This document shows, one piece after another, positions 11,821 through 26,003 of a stretch of DNA of 64,000 bases. The first letter of the stretch is position 1, and every line of letters begins with the position of its first letter. The position numbers and the translations under genes were made by a program. This DNA is from Basidiobolus meristosporus CBS 931.73. Its lineage: Eukaryota > Fungi > Basidiobolomycota. The notes below the pieces were generated by a model. The model worked only from the letters and a program-made list of their open reading frames with translations, did no database searches and was not told where the DNA came from. The stretch is from assembly GCA_002104905.1 (NCBI GenBank), contig MCFE01000284.1, positions 39,220 through 103,219 of the forward strand, read 5' to 3'.

Positions 11821-14800
11821 ATAAAGCAAGTCCACACTAACTTTGAGAATAAGAAGAATTAGTTGATATTGACTTGCTTATTTTAATTGATAGATGCAAA
11901 CAGAGAGTTTCACATGCCTTTCTGACTGGCCATTTAGTTTGGAGGGACTAGGCAGTGGACTATTGTACATTGCTGACAGATAGCTTACTATACCAAGCCC
12001 AGCACCAAAGTCAACTGCGTACATGATACATGGGGCCTATGACAAGTCTGCGGACCACTGCACAAAGTAACCCAAAACCTTGAGCGGCTAAAACCTAGGG
12101 GCTTCGTGATTTACCTACAATCAGAGTGTGCCTCACCAGAAATCAATCTGACGGGCCTTGCCTCTAAGGGTAAATCATCGTATCCGGGAATTTGGCACCA
12201 TCACAACACAGACGCTTTGAGGCGGTGCGCATTTCACCATTCAATCACCCAGAATTGAAGGCTCGTCGTGATAGAGGATTTGATCGAAGCAGGTCATTTG
12301 TACCGGGACAACACCTGTTGCACAGCGTTGAAGATCCACCAGAAAGGTTGGGTGGATGATTGTGCGCTGGATCTGCCTTGACAGGCTCTTGGTAACTCCT
12401 TCCGGAATATCCATTCAACCCCGGCAAGGAAAGCGCTAATAAACACAAGAGAGAATCTGCGCATAGTTGTGTATGGCCCATATTGGAGTGATTTGTGCGT
12501 GGTTGAAAGTGCGGAAATCAGGATTCATTAGCGATCTCAAATTGAGCATTTACAGTTCGGCCTAGAGTCAGGGGAGCGGATGGGAGTTTGGGACTTCGTT
12601 AAGCAGGCTGGTCATCAAATGCATTTATGGATGATGCTTCTTCCATATCAAGAAGTGGCATCAAGCAGACGTGTATACGAGATCACTGATGCGATTAGAT
12701 GGAATCTACGGAGGAAATCCGGATTGACCACTTTGTGGATATCTGTCTAGCCTGTTGGCGACAACGTCAATATCCAGGATTGCCTTGCCTTTGCTTACGT
12801 GGTTCGCCTTGTGGCATTTACCATGAGTGTTTGTCACTTCGACCCTGATATCGTAACCGATGTCGAAAGATTCTCAAATTCCCCAGCGCTGCCAACGCCC
12901 CGATCCTTGCTACCATGTACCCAACTGCCACTTGACTCGGCCTAATGCCCGCTACTCGATACATCCTGATGCCCATCCGCCATATTCACAGGTTCTCAAG
13001 AGTATGCATCCTATTTGTTCATCCCAGGCTGGAGATTCCGAGCTGGTTGAATACCAAGCCCTTCCAAGCGTGTCAGAAGATCGCTAGATGGTGGAGTCAA
13101 CAACATAGGGTTCCAGCTTGGGTGTTCAAGTTGATTAACCAGAATCCCGAATGCTGATTGGCCCGCAAAAATGCATCCGTAGGGCGGCAGAGGGTCAGGG
13201 AGATTCCATATTCATGTGGCGAGGAGAGGGCCAGTTTCGAGGGTTAAGCCTCAATCTCCTTTTATGAATCCAAGGTGGGACCTGTACCAGACCTTGGTGG
13301 TTTATGCATCCTCAGGTGGCATTCACGTTGCCGCCTTCTTCAAGAAGACATGTAACCATCGAGCAATCATCGATCCTATGTACCTTGGCAACGGTGGTCA
13401 GGGGGCCAAGCGAGCTTCGCTGACGAGCACTAGGGTAAGGGTCGGACGGAGTAAGACGTGGGATTCCCTAGAATCCAACTGGCTGGTGCCAAGGTGTTTT
13501 GGCGCAGGCGTCTCCTGGAGTGGCTGGAATACTGAAGCGGCGGCACAGCAACGGTATGCGCCCGGTGGTCACCCATCGAACGGATTTGTCCAAGCATCTG
13601 ATGTGAAAGTCGATCCATACTGTTTTGTAACATTCCCGCTCTATGCGGCGCTCGGTGACATGGTTATGACCAAGGCACGATGGCCATACGGGGCCATTGG
13701 TAGACGGGAGAGATTAACAGTCGATTAGATTGACCTCGTATTAGACAATCCGTGATCGAGGTGGGTGATGCGCTATGGCTGCGAGGTGGATGAGTAACTT
13801 GGCGGCGATTCGGATTGGCATTGGAAGTCGATAGTGCGACCGTCTCTGATAAATGTGACATAACCATAGATTATCAAGATTCCACATACTCCGTGGTCTG
13901 TTCATGACCTCCCACTTCAAGCCAGGCTGTCTTGGTCGATGCTCGCATGGCATTCAGGGCTTTTCGTTTGCTCCGGTATCTGCTCCCCAATAGGATCCGA
14001 TCCTTCGACTCGAGCATTGGATGATGACAGCAATTCAATGGTGTCGCTGGCCATCGGCTAGATCTGAATTCGATGGATCCCTCGCTTGTGCAACGCCAGC
14101 CATGTGAGCTGGAAAGAATGCTAGCGCATTGCTAACCATCCAGAGTATACCCGCTCACCTGGATTTGATCCTCCCCCAAGCCTAGTAGATTCGTACGTCG
14201 ATTCTTGAATAGTACTCCTTGCCTTATACAATCTGAACCCTACAACCCTTTGATAGATTATATTTGATGATCCCTGGATGAGCTGTCGCTTCGCTTCCTT
14301 GCTCATGGGAACAATTGAATGATCTTGTCCCACTTCCACCATGAATGGGGTCCGTCAAGGCCACCCCTGTTTCGCCCACCAGTGGGCCATGCTCAGGAAG
14401 CCGATGCTTGTCTCAACGCACTAGCTGGAGGGTGTTGACGGCAGGGCATTACGCGGCACCCAAACCTGACGGAGTGAGCGCCAGGGGCCCGTGCAATGCC
14501 GAAGGGAAGTGGCGGACGGAAACGGGTGAAGCCAGGCATGCGCTGCACTGATCCACATCTAGCAAGGATATCCTTCAGTCGGGAAACCCTCCTCAGCCAT
14601 AAGCTCATACGATCCCATTCGCAATGTGCGACGACCAAAACATCCCGAATTCCTCTGGATGCAGTGACGCTGGATTCGAGATAATCTTGATTTTCTTGAT
14701 TCGTGGTCGCCTTGGCCGCTGGAACGATTGGCTGCCAGGCTTGGGTGATTTTGATAATCTACTTGGCTCAGTAGGCCAACTCACACCCTTGGGCGCTTGG

Positions 14801-15412
14801 TGGCCTTCCTGCAACCTCCATGTCTCAGCTCCATTCGGCTGGACTCGTTGTATGGACAGACACTCCGCCCAGCCCCCTGCTCTACCCGACCGCTTCCAAG
14901 GTGGGAGCGTGGTTTCGGAGAACTGGTAGTCGTGCGGGATCTTGGCCGTGAAAAGTGGCGTGCAGCAAGCGGTTACCGTGATTCCAGCTGGGAATCACTT
15001 GGGTGGCGGAATTGTCTAGCGCAAAAATCCATCAAAATACCAGTATCCCTTGACGAAATGAGAGGCGTGATCGAATATGAAACAATTGATTGCCCGCCTC
15101 ATGACATGTGTGCCAAGTGCCCATGGTACATGCCTTGTCTGCAAGAGAATTCAATGCCTCAGATGGAGCCAAAATGGGTGGCCACCGGTTCACAGGGAAT
15201 CTGAATCCAGCTGGTTGCGATCATTGGTGAATCGTGAACTTCGTTGTGGTGCAACCCGGCTGCCATATTGGCTCTGCGGGTGGCCGATTTGGGAATTTCC
15301 TTTTTATGGCAGTCGACTTAACTGCCGATATATAAGCGGATGTGGGGCCGGGGTTGTCAGTCATACTCTCCACGTCCATTCTTGCAGATATATTCGAAGT
15401 TTCTTGTACAAA

Positions 15413-17332
15413 ATGTCTCCACAGCTATACACCGACTCAGCCGACACTTCTTTTAAAGGTATTTCGTCGTGGAGTCGGCCTCTATTTGGAGCCGTTTGAC
15501 TGATTGTGAATTAGTACCAAAAGGCAAGAAGATCCTGAGGATCGATTCCATCAACCCTCAAGTAAGGGAGGTACAATACGCAGTTCGTGGTGAGATTGCC
15601 ATCCGTGCGGAAGAGTTGAAGAACGTAGGTCGTTGATGCTCACCCTGATCTGTATCTGCACTGACTAAACCTCCAACAGGAGCTCGACACAAAGGGATCC
15701 AATCTTCCATTCAAGGAGATCGTCAACATCAACATTGGCAACCCTCAGCAGCTAAAGCAGAAGCCAATTACCTTCTTCAGACAGGTTAGCGCGCGGGCAC
15801 TTCTCTTGCGTTTGATCAGCTCTTAACTGTGTTTATTAAGGTGGCCTCTCTGGTGGAATATCCCGACTTATTGTTGGAGGAGAACCAAGAGAAGGTGAAG
15901 ACCTTGTTCGCCACAGATGCCATCGTAAGGGCAAAGCTGCTTGTTGATGCATGTGGCGGTAGTGTTGGTGCCTACAGCCATTCGCAAGGAATCCCCCATA
16001 TTCGCAAAAATGTTGCCAAATTCATCGCAGGTAGGTAGCAATGCAACCTCTATCTTTTGGTTGGATGTTAATGGCTATATTCCAGAACGGGACGGCTTCC
16101 CCGCTGATGCTAGCAAGATCTTCTTAACCATGGGGTAAGTCATTGCTGAGTTGTGTTGAGAGTGGCCCTGAAGATTCTAATGGATGATCTCCGAAGCGCT
16201 TCCGCCGGTGTCCAATTAGCCTTGCGCTTCATCATCGAGAACTCAAAGGTTGGAATCATGATTCCGATCCCCCAATACCCACTCTATACCGCCACACTTT
16301 CCCTGTACGAAGGCCAAGCTGTCCCTTACTACCTGGATGAAGAGAAGGACTGGGGCATGGATGTACGTTAGACTCAACAGAATCTTGTCGTGTTCATCTT
16401 ACTAAATCCGTCTTGATATAGATCGGAGAACTGAAGAAGTCCATTGATGAGGCTCGTCAGAACGGCGTTGATGTAAGGGCTCTGTGCATCATCAACCCCG
16501 GTAACCCTACTGGACAATGCCTTGCTGAGCAAAATATGCGTGAGGTCATCGCATTCTGCCAGCAGGAAAGAGTCGTTCTATTAGCCGACGAAGTCTACCA
16601 GGAGAATATCTACATGCCTAGCACCAGGCCTTTCCACTCGTTCAAGAAGGTCCTGAAGTCCATGGGCCCCTCCTATGACGATGTGGAGCTTATCTCCTTC
16701 CATTCGATCTCCAAAGGAATGATCGGTGAATGTGGTCGCCGTGGTGGCTACTTCGAGTGTGAGGGGATCGAACAGGAAGTAATTGATGAAATGTACAAGA
16801 TTTCCTCTGTTTCCTTGTGCCCCAATGTTCAAGGACAGATCATGGTGGATCTCATGGTGAATCCACCAAAGCGTGGTGACGAGTCATACGAATCTTACCA
16901 GAAGGAAATCGATGATATCTACCAGTCCCTTAAGCGTAGAAGCAGTAGACTCTGCGACGCCTTCAATGAGCTGGAGGGTGTGACTTGTAATAAGGCCGAG
17001 GGGGCACTCTATTTATTCCCCAAGGTCAGACTTCCGGCAGGGGCTATCAAAGCGGCTCAAGACGTTGGCAAGAACCCTGATGATCTCTACTCCTTGGCCA
17101 TGCTTAACGAAACTGGAGTGGTAAGTTGATGATCTTGGATGAATTAGCTGCATGGTATTTGAAATTGACTTATTATTGGTTCCAGTGTGTAGTCCCAGGC
17201 AGTGGCTTTGGACAAGAAGAGGGTACCACTCACTTCCGTGCTACTTTCCTACCTCCTGAACATCTTTTCAGCGAGTTCATTGAGCTACTGAAACGCTTCC
17301 ATCAAGGGTTTATGGATAAATACCGGGATTAA
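15413..17332 (+). CDS. ALT1: Alanine aminotransferase (PLP-dependent, class I/II), multi-exon
   Basis: Exons give INPQVREVQYAVRGE, NIGNPQQL, IPQYPLY, INPGNPTG, LADEVYQEN, FHSISKG (PLP lysine) and VPGSGFGQ; GT-AG introns. The start codon is inferred. Confidence 0.92.
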
Positions 17333-19574
17333 ATCTTGGGATCTGCCTTCTATACCAGTTTCCCCACCAGAAGATCAGCATATTTATATAACGCTCACTC
17401 GTATAGCAGCATTATATGACCTTTCATTTATGTATTGTATTAATCTATAATCTTTGAAGTAAACCCAATGGAATCGGTGTAATTAGACTTCATAACTCAG
17501 TACAATTGATTGATCTGAAAGGGACTTTCTATTATATTATGGTTTGTGTGCCGGGTACCAATTTGGTGGTATTAGACAACTAGTGTGTGATTGAGGGCTG
17601 CTCATTACCACATACAAAATTATATGATTGTACCCTGCCCAGGTAACCCATATAGCTTACATAAAACAGCTTATACCGATGATTGGACATTAGAAAGTTT
17701 TAGCAGTCTATCGGAGGTGAAAGAAAGCAGAGCTCACGACTCTTTCTACTTGAAATGCAGGCATTAATCAGGGTACGTGCTCAAGGTAGAACCCCTTCTT
17801 ATTCAACATCGCTTTCCTTTATGGCAAATGCTGAACACAAAAGGCAGTAAAAAACTAAGCTCACCTACCATACAGACGCAATGCTTGCCTTGATCAGCAA
17901 CTCCACAATTAATTCAAAACCATATCTGATGACAATACTGATCTCCACCTCGTAGATATAGGCATTGATTCCTTTGATAAGATTATATTGAAAGGTGAAT
18001 GATATAGGTAAAGATGAAGGCCATTAATTGGATGAGCTTTTTTTAAGTTGGTCTTTCCATGAAACAACAACACGTGAAGAGGAAATGAGGGTGGCTAATT
18101 TGCAGAGGGGAATTACACCATTGCTTTTCTGAACTAGAAATCCTCTGGCTGGTGGTTGCCTCGTTGTGATTCTCTCATCATAATTATCATAAACAACAGC
18201 GGCCATCGGATCAGGAGCTGGTAGAGAAGAGTACTATGAGATATTGTTAACAAATATATGTCTAAATGTACATTGCCAAAAGCTGGTACATTGCACTTTG
18301 GTCAGCTTGTAGGTAAGGTGGTTTATCAGTCACATTTACATAGTCAATATCGCCTATACCATGTAAGAAATTGTTACAGGTGTATGTAGTGTTGCTTACA
18401 TAGTCTAAGAAAGACTATACTGAGATTGACTTGTGAATGACTCAAGCACATTGGAGGATTATTTACTGAAGCAAATCCAATGTAGGTGAATTTTGGTTAC
18501 AAGAATTGGAACTAGCTGAAGTATACTTGCTAGTGTAATAGATGCAAAGCAAAAGGACCCTAGTATGTTTACTTTGAGCACCTTACTACTGAGATCATTA
18601 GTCTTAAACTTCAATGTTGATTGCAAGAGAATCGAGTAGTTCTATGGCTCAGGTAAAATCCATATTGCTCTTGGTTATTCAAAATCATTTTGAGTCCTCA
18701 TATTTGGTCTGATGGATAGAGTTGTAACCCTTGGTTCCAGGTAAATAATTCTGATGGGTGCCATCAGAATACCATACAAAAATCAGCAAAAACCCAACCA
18801 CATTCCAAAAACCAGGGGACACTATTAAATGCGATATGTGTGCCCTCGTATACTCTTTCCATGAGGAAGCTGTAGATGTTTACCACTGACTTTTGTATTG
18901 ATCATGTGCAGCATGAAATATTTGGTTGTTAAAGGAGCGGAATACCATGAAGAACCCACAGGGCAAATGTTGAGGTACCGGCCAAAACCGAAGTTTGAAT
19001 TGCACTACATGAGAATGGTTGAAAACTAGCAAGCATTCAACGATCACTGAAGTGGCGATTCTGCACCTTCATAAAATTCTCAAATCCGGAGATTGCTGCA
19101 CATGTGCAGGGATTTTTGTATATCATACAGAGACGCCTTAGATATCCTCATACTCCCAGCTGCCAGCTTTCGAACTGCCACTGCTGCGCATAGTACCTCT
19201 AGGCGTATGTGGAACAGAGCGGGGTTCTTGTGTATGTGGGGACACGAAACGATTTACCGGGCGAGTTTCTAAAAAACATATTTATTTGCTTGTCATCCCA
19301 TCCAAGCGGTAAAGTTGGACAGCAATGAGTGGAAGGAAAGAGGAAAATATATAAAATCTTACATACATTCTAAAGATACGAAGATCACGTCAAGTGGTAG
19401 GGGGTGGAGAAGAAGGAGCCTTCACTTACGTGGATGAGTCAAACAATCCCATCTTCGCATGTCCACAGAGTGGGTAGATGGATGAGGGTCAAAAGAGAAT
19501 GAATGTGGAAAGAATGTTGCGAGAGGATAGCATTATAAATCATTATAAACGTTGGGAAGCAAAGACTGGACGCT

Positions 19575-21197
19575 CTATTCGGACTTCTTCTTCTTCTTCT
19601 TGTCCTTCTTCTCCTTCTTTGGCTCCTCGTCGTCGGACTCGGCCTTTCTCTTCTTCTCCTTCTTTTCCTTCTTCTCTTTCTTCTCCTTCTTCTCGGTCTT
19701 AGGGGTTTCAACGGCAGCCTCGCTGACCTCAGATTTGGATGGAGTGGTGGGGATGACTGCGTCAGTCTTGGCGTTGTAGCTATCGGTGTTGTTGTTGAAC
19801 TCGAACTTCTTCTGTCCCTTGGGGGTCTTGTTGGGGGTTCTGGCAGCTCCAGCAGCGAAGCGGCCCTCCAACTGACGAAGACGAGCCTCAACCTTGGCGC
19901 GGTTCTCCATACCAACCTCGGGTGTATCCTTGTCACCCAAAGCATCAACACGAATGGAGATGGCGGCCTTGGTAGCAAGCATACGAGCAATCTTACCCTT
20001 CATCTTGGGACCAGCTTGACCAATCAAGGAAGCATGGTAGATGAGACCGTACTTGGGTGTGTCGTGCTTGGTCTTGAGGGCTCTGAACAAAGCCTTCTCA
20101 GCACCAAGGATCTGGACAGTAGAGGCAGGATGCTTGGCAAGGTTCATGAGGGAACCGGCGTGTGCGATCAAACGAGCACCAACAAGCTCACCAACAAGGG
20201 TGGTAAGGTTGGGGGCGATGGCGACCATACGGTTCTTGAGGTATTCGTAAAGCTGGGTACGGTACTCGGTGATGGAGATGACCTGCTCACACAAGTGGGT
20301 GATGTTCATGATATCCTCGTCGGAGATTTCAGTACCCATAGAGATCTCAGCAGCATCCTTGAGTTCCTTCTCGAGCTCCTCAGGAAGAATGTTGGAGAGA
20401 TCAGTCTTGGAAGCATTGGTACGGAAGCCCATGGCCTTGACGACACGGGCGAAAGCCAAGTTGTCAACAATGATCTTGGCCATTTCAGGGAAATGCCATC
20501 CGTACCATTCCTTGGCGCGCATGGCGTAGGTGTTCAACTCCTTGTCCAAGTCATCAAGCAAAGCGATAGCCTGAACGATCATAGTATCAACCTTGTCGGG
20601 GGAGAACTTAAGCTTGTAACGAGAGAGGGAGTGGGAGAGACCAAGGGCCATAGCGTTCATATCCGATTGAGGGATACCGGTGAGGAGGGAAGAGATTTGA
20701 CTACGGATACCACGGTAAAGCTCGTTCACAGTAGAGTCGGAAAGGACCTTGATACCAAGCTTCTTGGAGATGGAACCACCTTGGGTATGGGGTTAGTAAA
20801 CGCGTGTGGGGCTGGAGCAGCAGGCGGTAGGAGAATATCTTACCAAGCTTGGAGTCGGCGACAATCAAACTCTCCTTCTTCATTTCTTTCTCGCTAATCT
20901 CGTCACTCAAGAATTTCTTCAAGCTTTTGTCGAGTTTGCCCTCAACGATGGCGGTGGCGGCGGACAAAGCCTCGATGGTGTTCTCGAATTTTTGGAACGC
21001 CTTCAATTTGATACTACGGAAAAGAAAGTGGGTTGAGTCAAAGGCAAAGGTACGCAGCATACAGTACACACTCACGCTTGGTTGGCCTTCTCGGCGGTCT
21101 CAAACTCCTTATACAGGTCATCGGGTTTCTCTATTTTACCGTCGTCCAAGAGTTTGAACAAGGCGTAACCGGCCGGGGTTTCGTGGAGGACCAACAT
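19575..21197 (-). CDS. NOP58: Box C/D snoRNP protein Nop58
   Basis: N-terminus [42 protein letters not shown]-like motif, [14 protein letters not shown]-rich tail; two short introns. Confidence 0.93.
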
Positions 21198-22654
21198 GTT
21201 CTAGCAAGACTGCAAAAGTGTACTAAACACTGTGGGGAGAAATCAAAAGGCTGTGTTTCGAGACAATACGAGCCTTGAAGTGATGGCGAAAAAAAAATCA
21301 AATAAAGAAAAAAAAACTAGCGAAAAAAATTCGTTTTTCATGCGCGGGATGATTGGCGATTTTCAGTGGTAACGTTGATATTTTAAGCTACAAATGAATC
21401 GAAATCAGGGTAAAGTTAACCAAGTTTCATGCTGGCATCAAATCTACTGTCAGGCCACATCACTGCGAAGCCTGCAATTTGTCCCGATTCTTTATTAATT
21501 GGTTGAACTGATCGAAAAATATATGCCAGAATTATAAAATTGGTTGCAGCAGTGATTCACCGCGAAATATTTGGTCGATTTCAACGGCGGTTTGATAGTT
21601 GGTTCTGCTTAGGATGGATATATTCACAAAGATGCATATACAGAAAAGGCGAACAGGAAGAGTCACTCAGTGTCCGAAGCCAACGTGAAATATATTCTTT
21701 CACACAGAATCGCTTTGTAACGACAGCTCCAGGTCGTTCCATTTGTTATCAGCCTCTTTGTCAACCGGCAAATCGTCCAGATGGGGCGGCTCAAGATTTT
21801 CAGGGATTGCGATGTCTGTTGGGGGGAAAGGTCAATACAATGGCTCTATTCATAGTGTGGCAGAAATACCCACCATCTGCGGGGAGCTCATCTTTGCGCC
21901 ATTTTTCATCAACGATGTCAATGAAGTTGCTAGAACGCTGGTGGAGATAAGTGAACTGGCTATCCTTGTAAATCCAAGAGTAATTAGGCAAGGCAAAGGT
22001 GGGTCGATAAGATATTGAGGTTTACCATGCTGTGAAGCAAGCTAAGGAAAGGAGTTTCGGGAAGAACACTGGGTAGAAGTGGATGTACTTATGACGGGGC
22101 TCTTTTCAACAAATTCACCCGAACAATAAACAAACACATCGTTTGTTGCCCGTTCTACGGATTTTAATTGGCGCAGCATCTGATTGATTTGTTAAAATAT
22201 TGGAAATGATGGGATTCGGAATAGGATATATATTAAAATATATGTCGGCCCCTTGTTTGGTTACAGCGTAATTACCAATATTATCGTCTCCAAACAAGGT
22301 TATGTGGAGTATAGGACTTGCTATGGAATCCGCTGGTAAAATTCATCACTAGCTCCTAAGCTGTATTCTTTTACATTTTGATATTCCGTACTGATAATAG
22401 ATATAGATGATTGCTAGCTATCTGATGTGCCGGCTTGCGGGTTTAGCTTGAGTAGAGGCAAGTCTAATGATGCTCGATTCGAGATTTATATCCCGAGCAA
22501 TACCACTGACAAAATTCATGACATGTGGTTCGTCGAGAATGAGGGGAGGGGAGGGTAGGGGAAACGGCTGAATAGCAATGTCAGAGTGCTGAATTTATCC
22601 AATAGATATATACAGAGGCGAGTTGCCTACAAATACAACACTTGTAAACAGTCT

Positions 22655-23663
22655 CTAGGATAGTGTTTTGAACTGAGGCTCTATGTGGAGCAGGGGAGGA
22701 TGTCGTTTTCGTGTGAGTGTATAGTGCTCGGACGTCGGCAAGTCCTCGTTGACTTTGTACCGGTTATTGTCAGGCCGAAGAAGCAAGATGATTCCATCGC
22801 TGCAGGATATGGCCACGGCGTGAAGACTCAGCACACCATACCCTGGTGAGAGAAAATTCACCGGAAAGGATGTCATCGATTGATGAGATTTGATGATAAA
22901 AAACGCATGATCTACAGTATCCATATCCTCAGGCTCGATGTATGTAAGGAGCGGGACACCAATCATCTCCTCTGGCATGATCCCAAGCAGATTTTCTGTA
23001 GCGTTCGAAGCAAACAAGATGGCGTGTTTTAATGTAAATCGATTGATGACGAGACACACCCTAGGCTCTGGGGTAAGGTCTCTAAATGCGGAATCCACGT
23101 TGGGATATCTTATGAGAGCAACCGGCCGGTTGAAGGAGTCCTATGCAACTTGGTCAGAAATGGTAAAGACTGGTCGTAAGAAGTGGAGAGTACCATTGTC
23201 TCTAGCCCCTTGGTGAGTATTCTGGTCCTCTCGATTGGCGCCACACGGCGATTTGCTACAGAAAAGATAGTATGGTTCGTGAATCCGTGTGCTCGTTCAA
23301 GGCAATAAATCCAGTAGACTTACGTATGAGTTGACACTTGAAGCGGGGTGGGCCGGTGATGAGAGAATAATACACCACCATCATGTCATGACATATGACG
23401 CCTATCACTTCAGCATAAACGTAGAAGCCCGTTTTGTGTCTGGTTCGACATAGAATTACTGAAAATAATTTGTCCTCCTTGAGTGCTGCGTGATACACGA
23501 TCTTAACACCTTCTTTGTCATCAGGATGGTACAGGAAGTCCCATTTTTGCCCAACAATGTCTTCAGGTTGAAAGCCTAACACTTCAGTTACATTGGACGA
23601 AACAAACAAATAGGTTGCATCGGGACTTGAATCTAGGAAAGTCATAAAATCAGGCTCTATCAT
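22655..23663 (-). CDS. Tandem PAS-domain protein (two introns)
   Basis: PAS 1: YLFVSSNVTEVLGFQPEDIVGQ...HPDD. PAS 2: EPRVCLVINRFT...FASNATENLLGIMPEEMIG...IEPED. Exons can be joined through GT-AG introns at about 23324-23251 and 23193-23141. Confidence 0.8.
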
Positions 23664-24728
23664 TGCGTTTGTCAGTGGGGAGACTCTGGGATATTGTTGG
23701 ATGGGTGTGCGCAAAGAAGTCGTGGATATCGGGGGAAATAGTAATAGGTGGTTATAAATACAGAGGCAAGTTTTCCAAGAAAAGAGTAACGAAATACAGC
23801 CTCAGCCTACTCGCTGTTGACCATGTTCAGATGAACCCGTATTATATTTAGATCACACTGTTACAATACTTGTTCACATAGATTCTGCTTGTAACGGTAT
23901 TCGTCCTATGATATCGCTTTTGACCTCATATACTCGGCAAAATATATATTAATTACCGTAGGATTCTAGAGATCAGTGGATGTTACCTTTCCACATTGGG
24001 TTGATGCATGACCCACAGAAGATGGGTGTTACCTGATTAATGGCAAGAGTAGGAATATTTGTTACAGTGACTGCTCCGCCTTCGCGGAACCCTCGGCACG
24101 CCGCAGAGAAGATTCTACAATGAATCACTCGTCATGCGTAATAAGAGCTGTCCATGTCTCTTCGAGGAGAAGACCCCAGTGTCAGAAACGAGTGGTATGG
24201 TGGAGTTTACTGCTGCCGAATAGATCATGTTTCAAGCGTGTCCAAGTCACAAGAGCCCGACGCCTGATTGGACTGCCGATTCTATTTAGTTTAGATTAGC
24301 AATAACTCAAGTTTCCTGGATGTCCACCACAAATCAACCCATGTCTCTCATCTGGCTGCCAGCAGCGAGTCGATTTGTCCGCCTTGTTGCACCAGCCGAG
24401 GCGAATTTCCTTATCAAAAACCCAACAGCTCACTGGTGAAAACAATGAAAAAGAGATGGTACCCAGGAGTCCACGTTCCGTGTTGCTGAACACTTGTTTA
24501 ATCCAAGGATTTGCCCTAACGCGACCACAATCCAGCTTGCACTTGCCATCGATACAAAGCCAATCACCCTCGTACATACCACGCATTCAATCAATGCGTA
24601 CCCGCCGTAAAATAGCGACCTCTTTAAATATACGTTATACTCAGCAATTTTGGAAATTTTATTTCCTTCTGTATGTACAGCAAGTTCGTTACAACCAAAA
24701 AGCCGGCAGTACTCAATGTGCAATAATA

Positions 24729-25328
24729 TTAACGGTTAGACTTGGCAACGCGTTCCAATTCGTCCTTCTTCTTGATAGCGTAAGAGTTGGAGGAACCCTT
24801 AGCGGCGTTGATGAGCTCATCAGCCAAACATTCAGCGATGGTCTTCACGTTTCTGAAGGCAGATTCACGAGTACCGGTGGTCAACAGGTGAATGGCTTGG
24901 TTAACTCTTCTCAAGGGAGAGACATCGACAGCTTGTCTGCGGACAGTACCCGAGCTACCGATACGAGTAGAGTCTTCACGAGGACCTGAGTTGATGATGG
25001 CATCAATGAGGACTTGGAGGGGGTTTTGGTCAGTCAAGAGGTTGATGATCTCGAATGCGTGCTTGACAATGCGGACAGCCATAAGCTTCTTGCCGTTGTT
25101 GCGACCGTGCATCATAAGAGAGTTGGTCAAACGCTCAACAATGGGGCATTGGGCCTTTCTGAACTTCTTGGTTGCATATCTGCCGGCGGTATGAGGCAGA
25201 TAGACAGGGGAGCGAATCTGAAGGTAGTCAGTCAAGGAGATATCCTTGATTTCGAGGTCTTCATAAGACCACTTGTTGAAAAGCATGATGCCTTGCGCGT
25301 CACCGACGATTTCAGCTGGAAGGGCCAT
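24729..25328 (-). CDS. RPS5: 40S ribosomal protein S5 (uS7)
   Basis: KLFxKWS-like start, [32 protein letters not shown]-terminus. Confidence 0.97.
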   Translation of the reverse strand: MALPAEIVGDAQGIMLFNKWSYEDLEIKDISLTDYLQIRSPVYLPHTAGRYATKKFRKAQCPIVERLTNSLMMHGRNNGKKLMAVRIVKHAFEIINLLTDQNPLQVLIDAIINSGPREDSTRIGSSGTVRRQAVDVSPLRRVNQAIHLLTTGTRESAFRNVKTIAECLADELINAAKGSSNSYAIKKKDELERVAKSNR

Positions 25329-25765
25329 AGTTCTTCAAACCTACGTAGGGAAGCCGAGTTTAGATGGATGTCATTTATTTGCGCACAGATGATTCTTCCG
25401 ACAGTTCAAGACTTACCGAACAATTCCAAATGGATAGAACTAACAGTGAAAGAAGGCTCATACAATCCAATACACAGGCATTTCTATCATCACGGACTCT
25501 AGGGTGCCACCCCAGATGATCCTGACCTTTTTTTCATTTTTTTCTACAAGTCGATCCACACCCACTCGACTGCAGCACGGCCAGAGCATGTGAGGAACGC
25601 CGTCAGATTAGTCGATCTTGCTGCTTAGCGCGGTTTAAGTTAACCATCCACCACGGGCGGATTTAATTGGCTCCCGGATTTTTTTTCATTCCACGAAGAT
25701 ATATGTCAACGGGATATGACATTTGCAACTCTCTCTCCTTTAGACCTCAGTTATCCATATAGAAA

Positions 25766-26003
25766 ATGGCCCACGAAGCTGTCTGGTTCTCTCGTCCCCG
25801 TAACTTTGGCAAAGGTTCCCGCGAATGGTAAATATACACTGAGGAATTGAGCTTTCATGAGATGGTTCGTGTCAAATAACCCATAAATTCATAGCCGTGT
25901 TTGCACTCACCGTGCCGGTCTTATCCGCAAGTACGGCTTGAACGTCTGCAGACAGTGTTTCCGTCAATATGCTAGCGATATCGGCTTCGCCAAGTATCGT
26001 TAA
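25766..26003 (+). CDS. RPS29: 40S ribosomal protein S29 (uS14), one intron; absent from the ORF track
   Basis: Manual splice gives [56 protein letters not shown]; intron GTAAAT...ATAG. Confidence 0.95.

Noticed and set aside
19575-19700. KKE repeat in NOP58 and acidic GAG run in QCR6
   Set aside because: Normal low-complexity features of these protein families.
20016-20897. Long antisense ORFs over NOP58 (also over RPS5 at 25014-25502 and RACK1 at 36638-37069)
   Set aside because: Shadow frames caused by the codon bias of highly expressed genes.
21540-22330. Possible spliced gene on the minus strand between NOP58 and the PAS gene
   Set aside because: Only short frames; no consistent gene model or recognisable domain.
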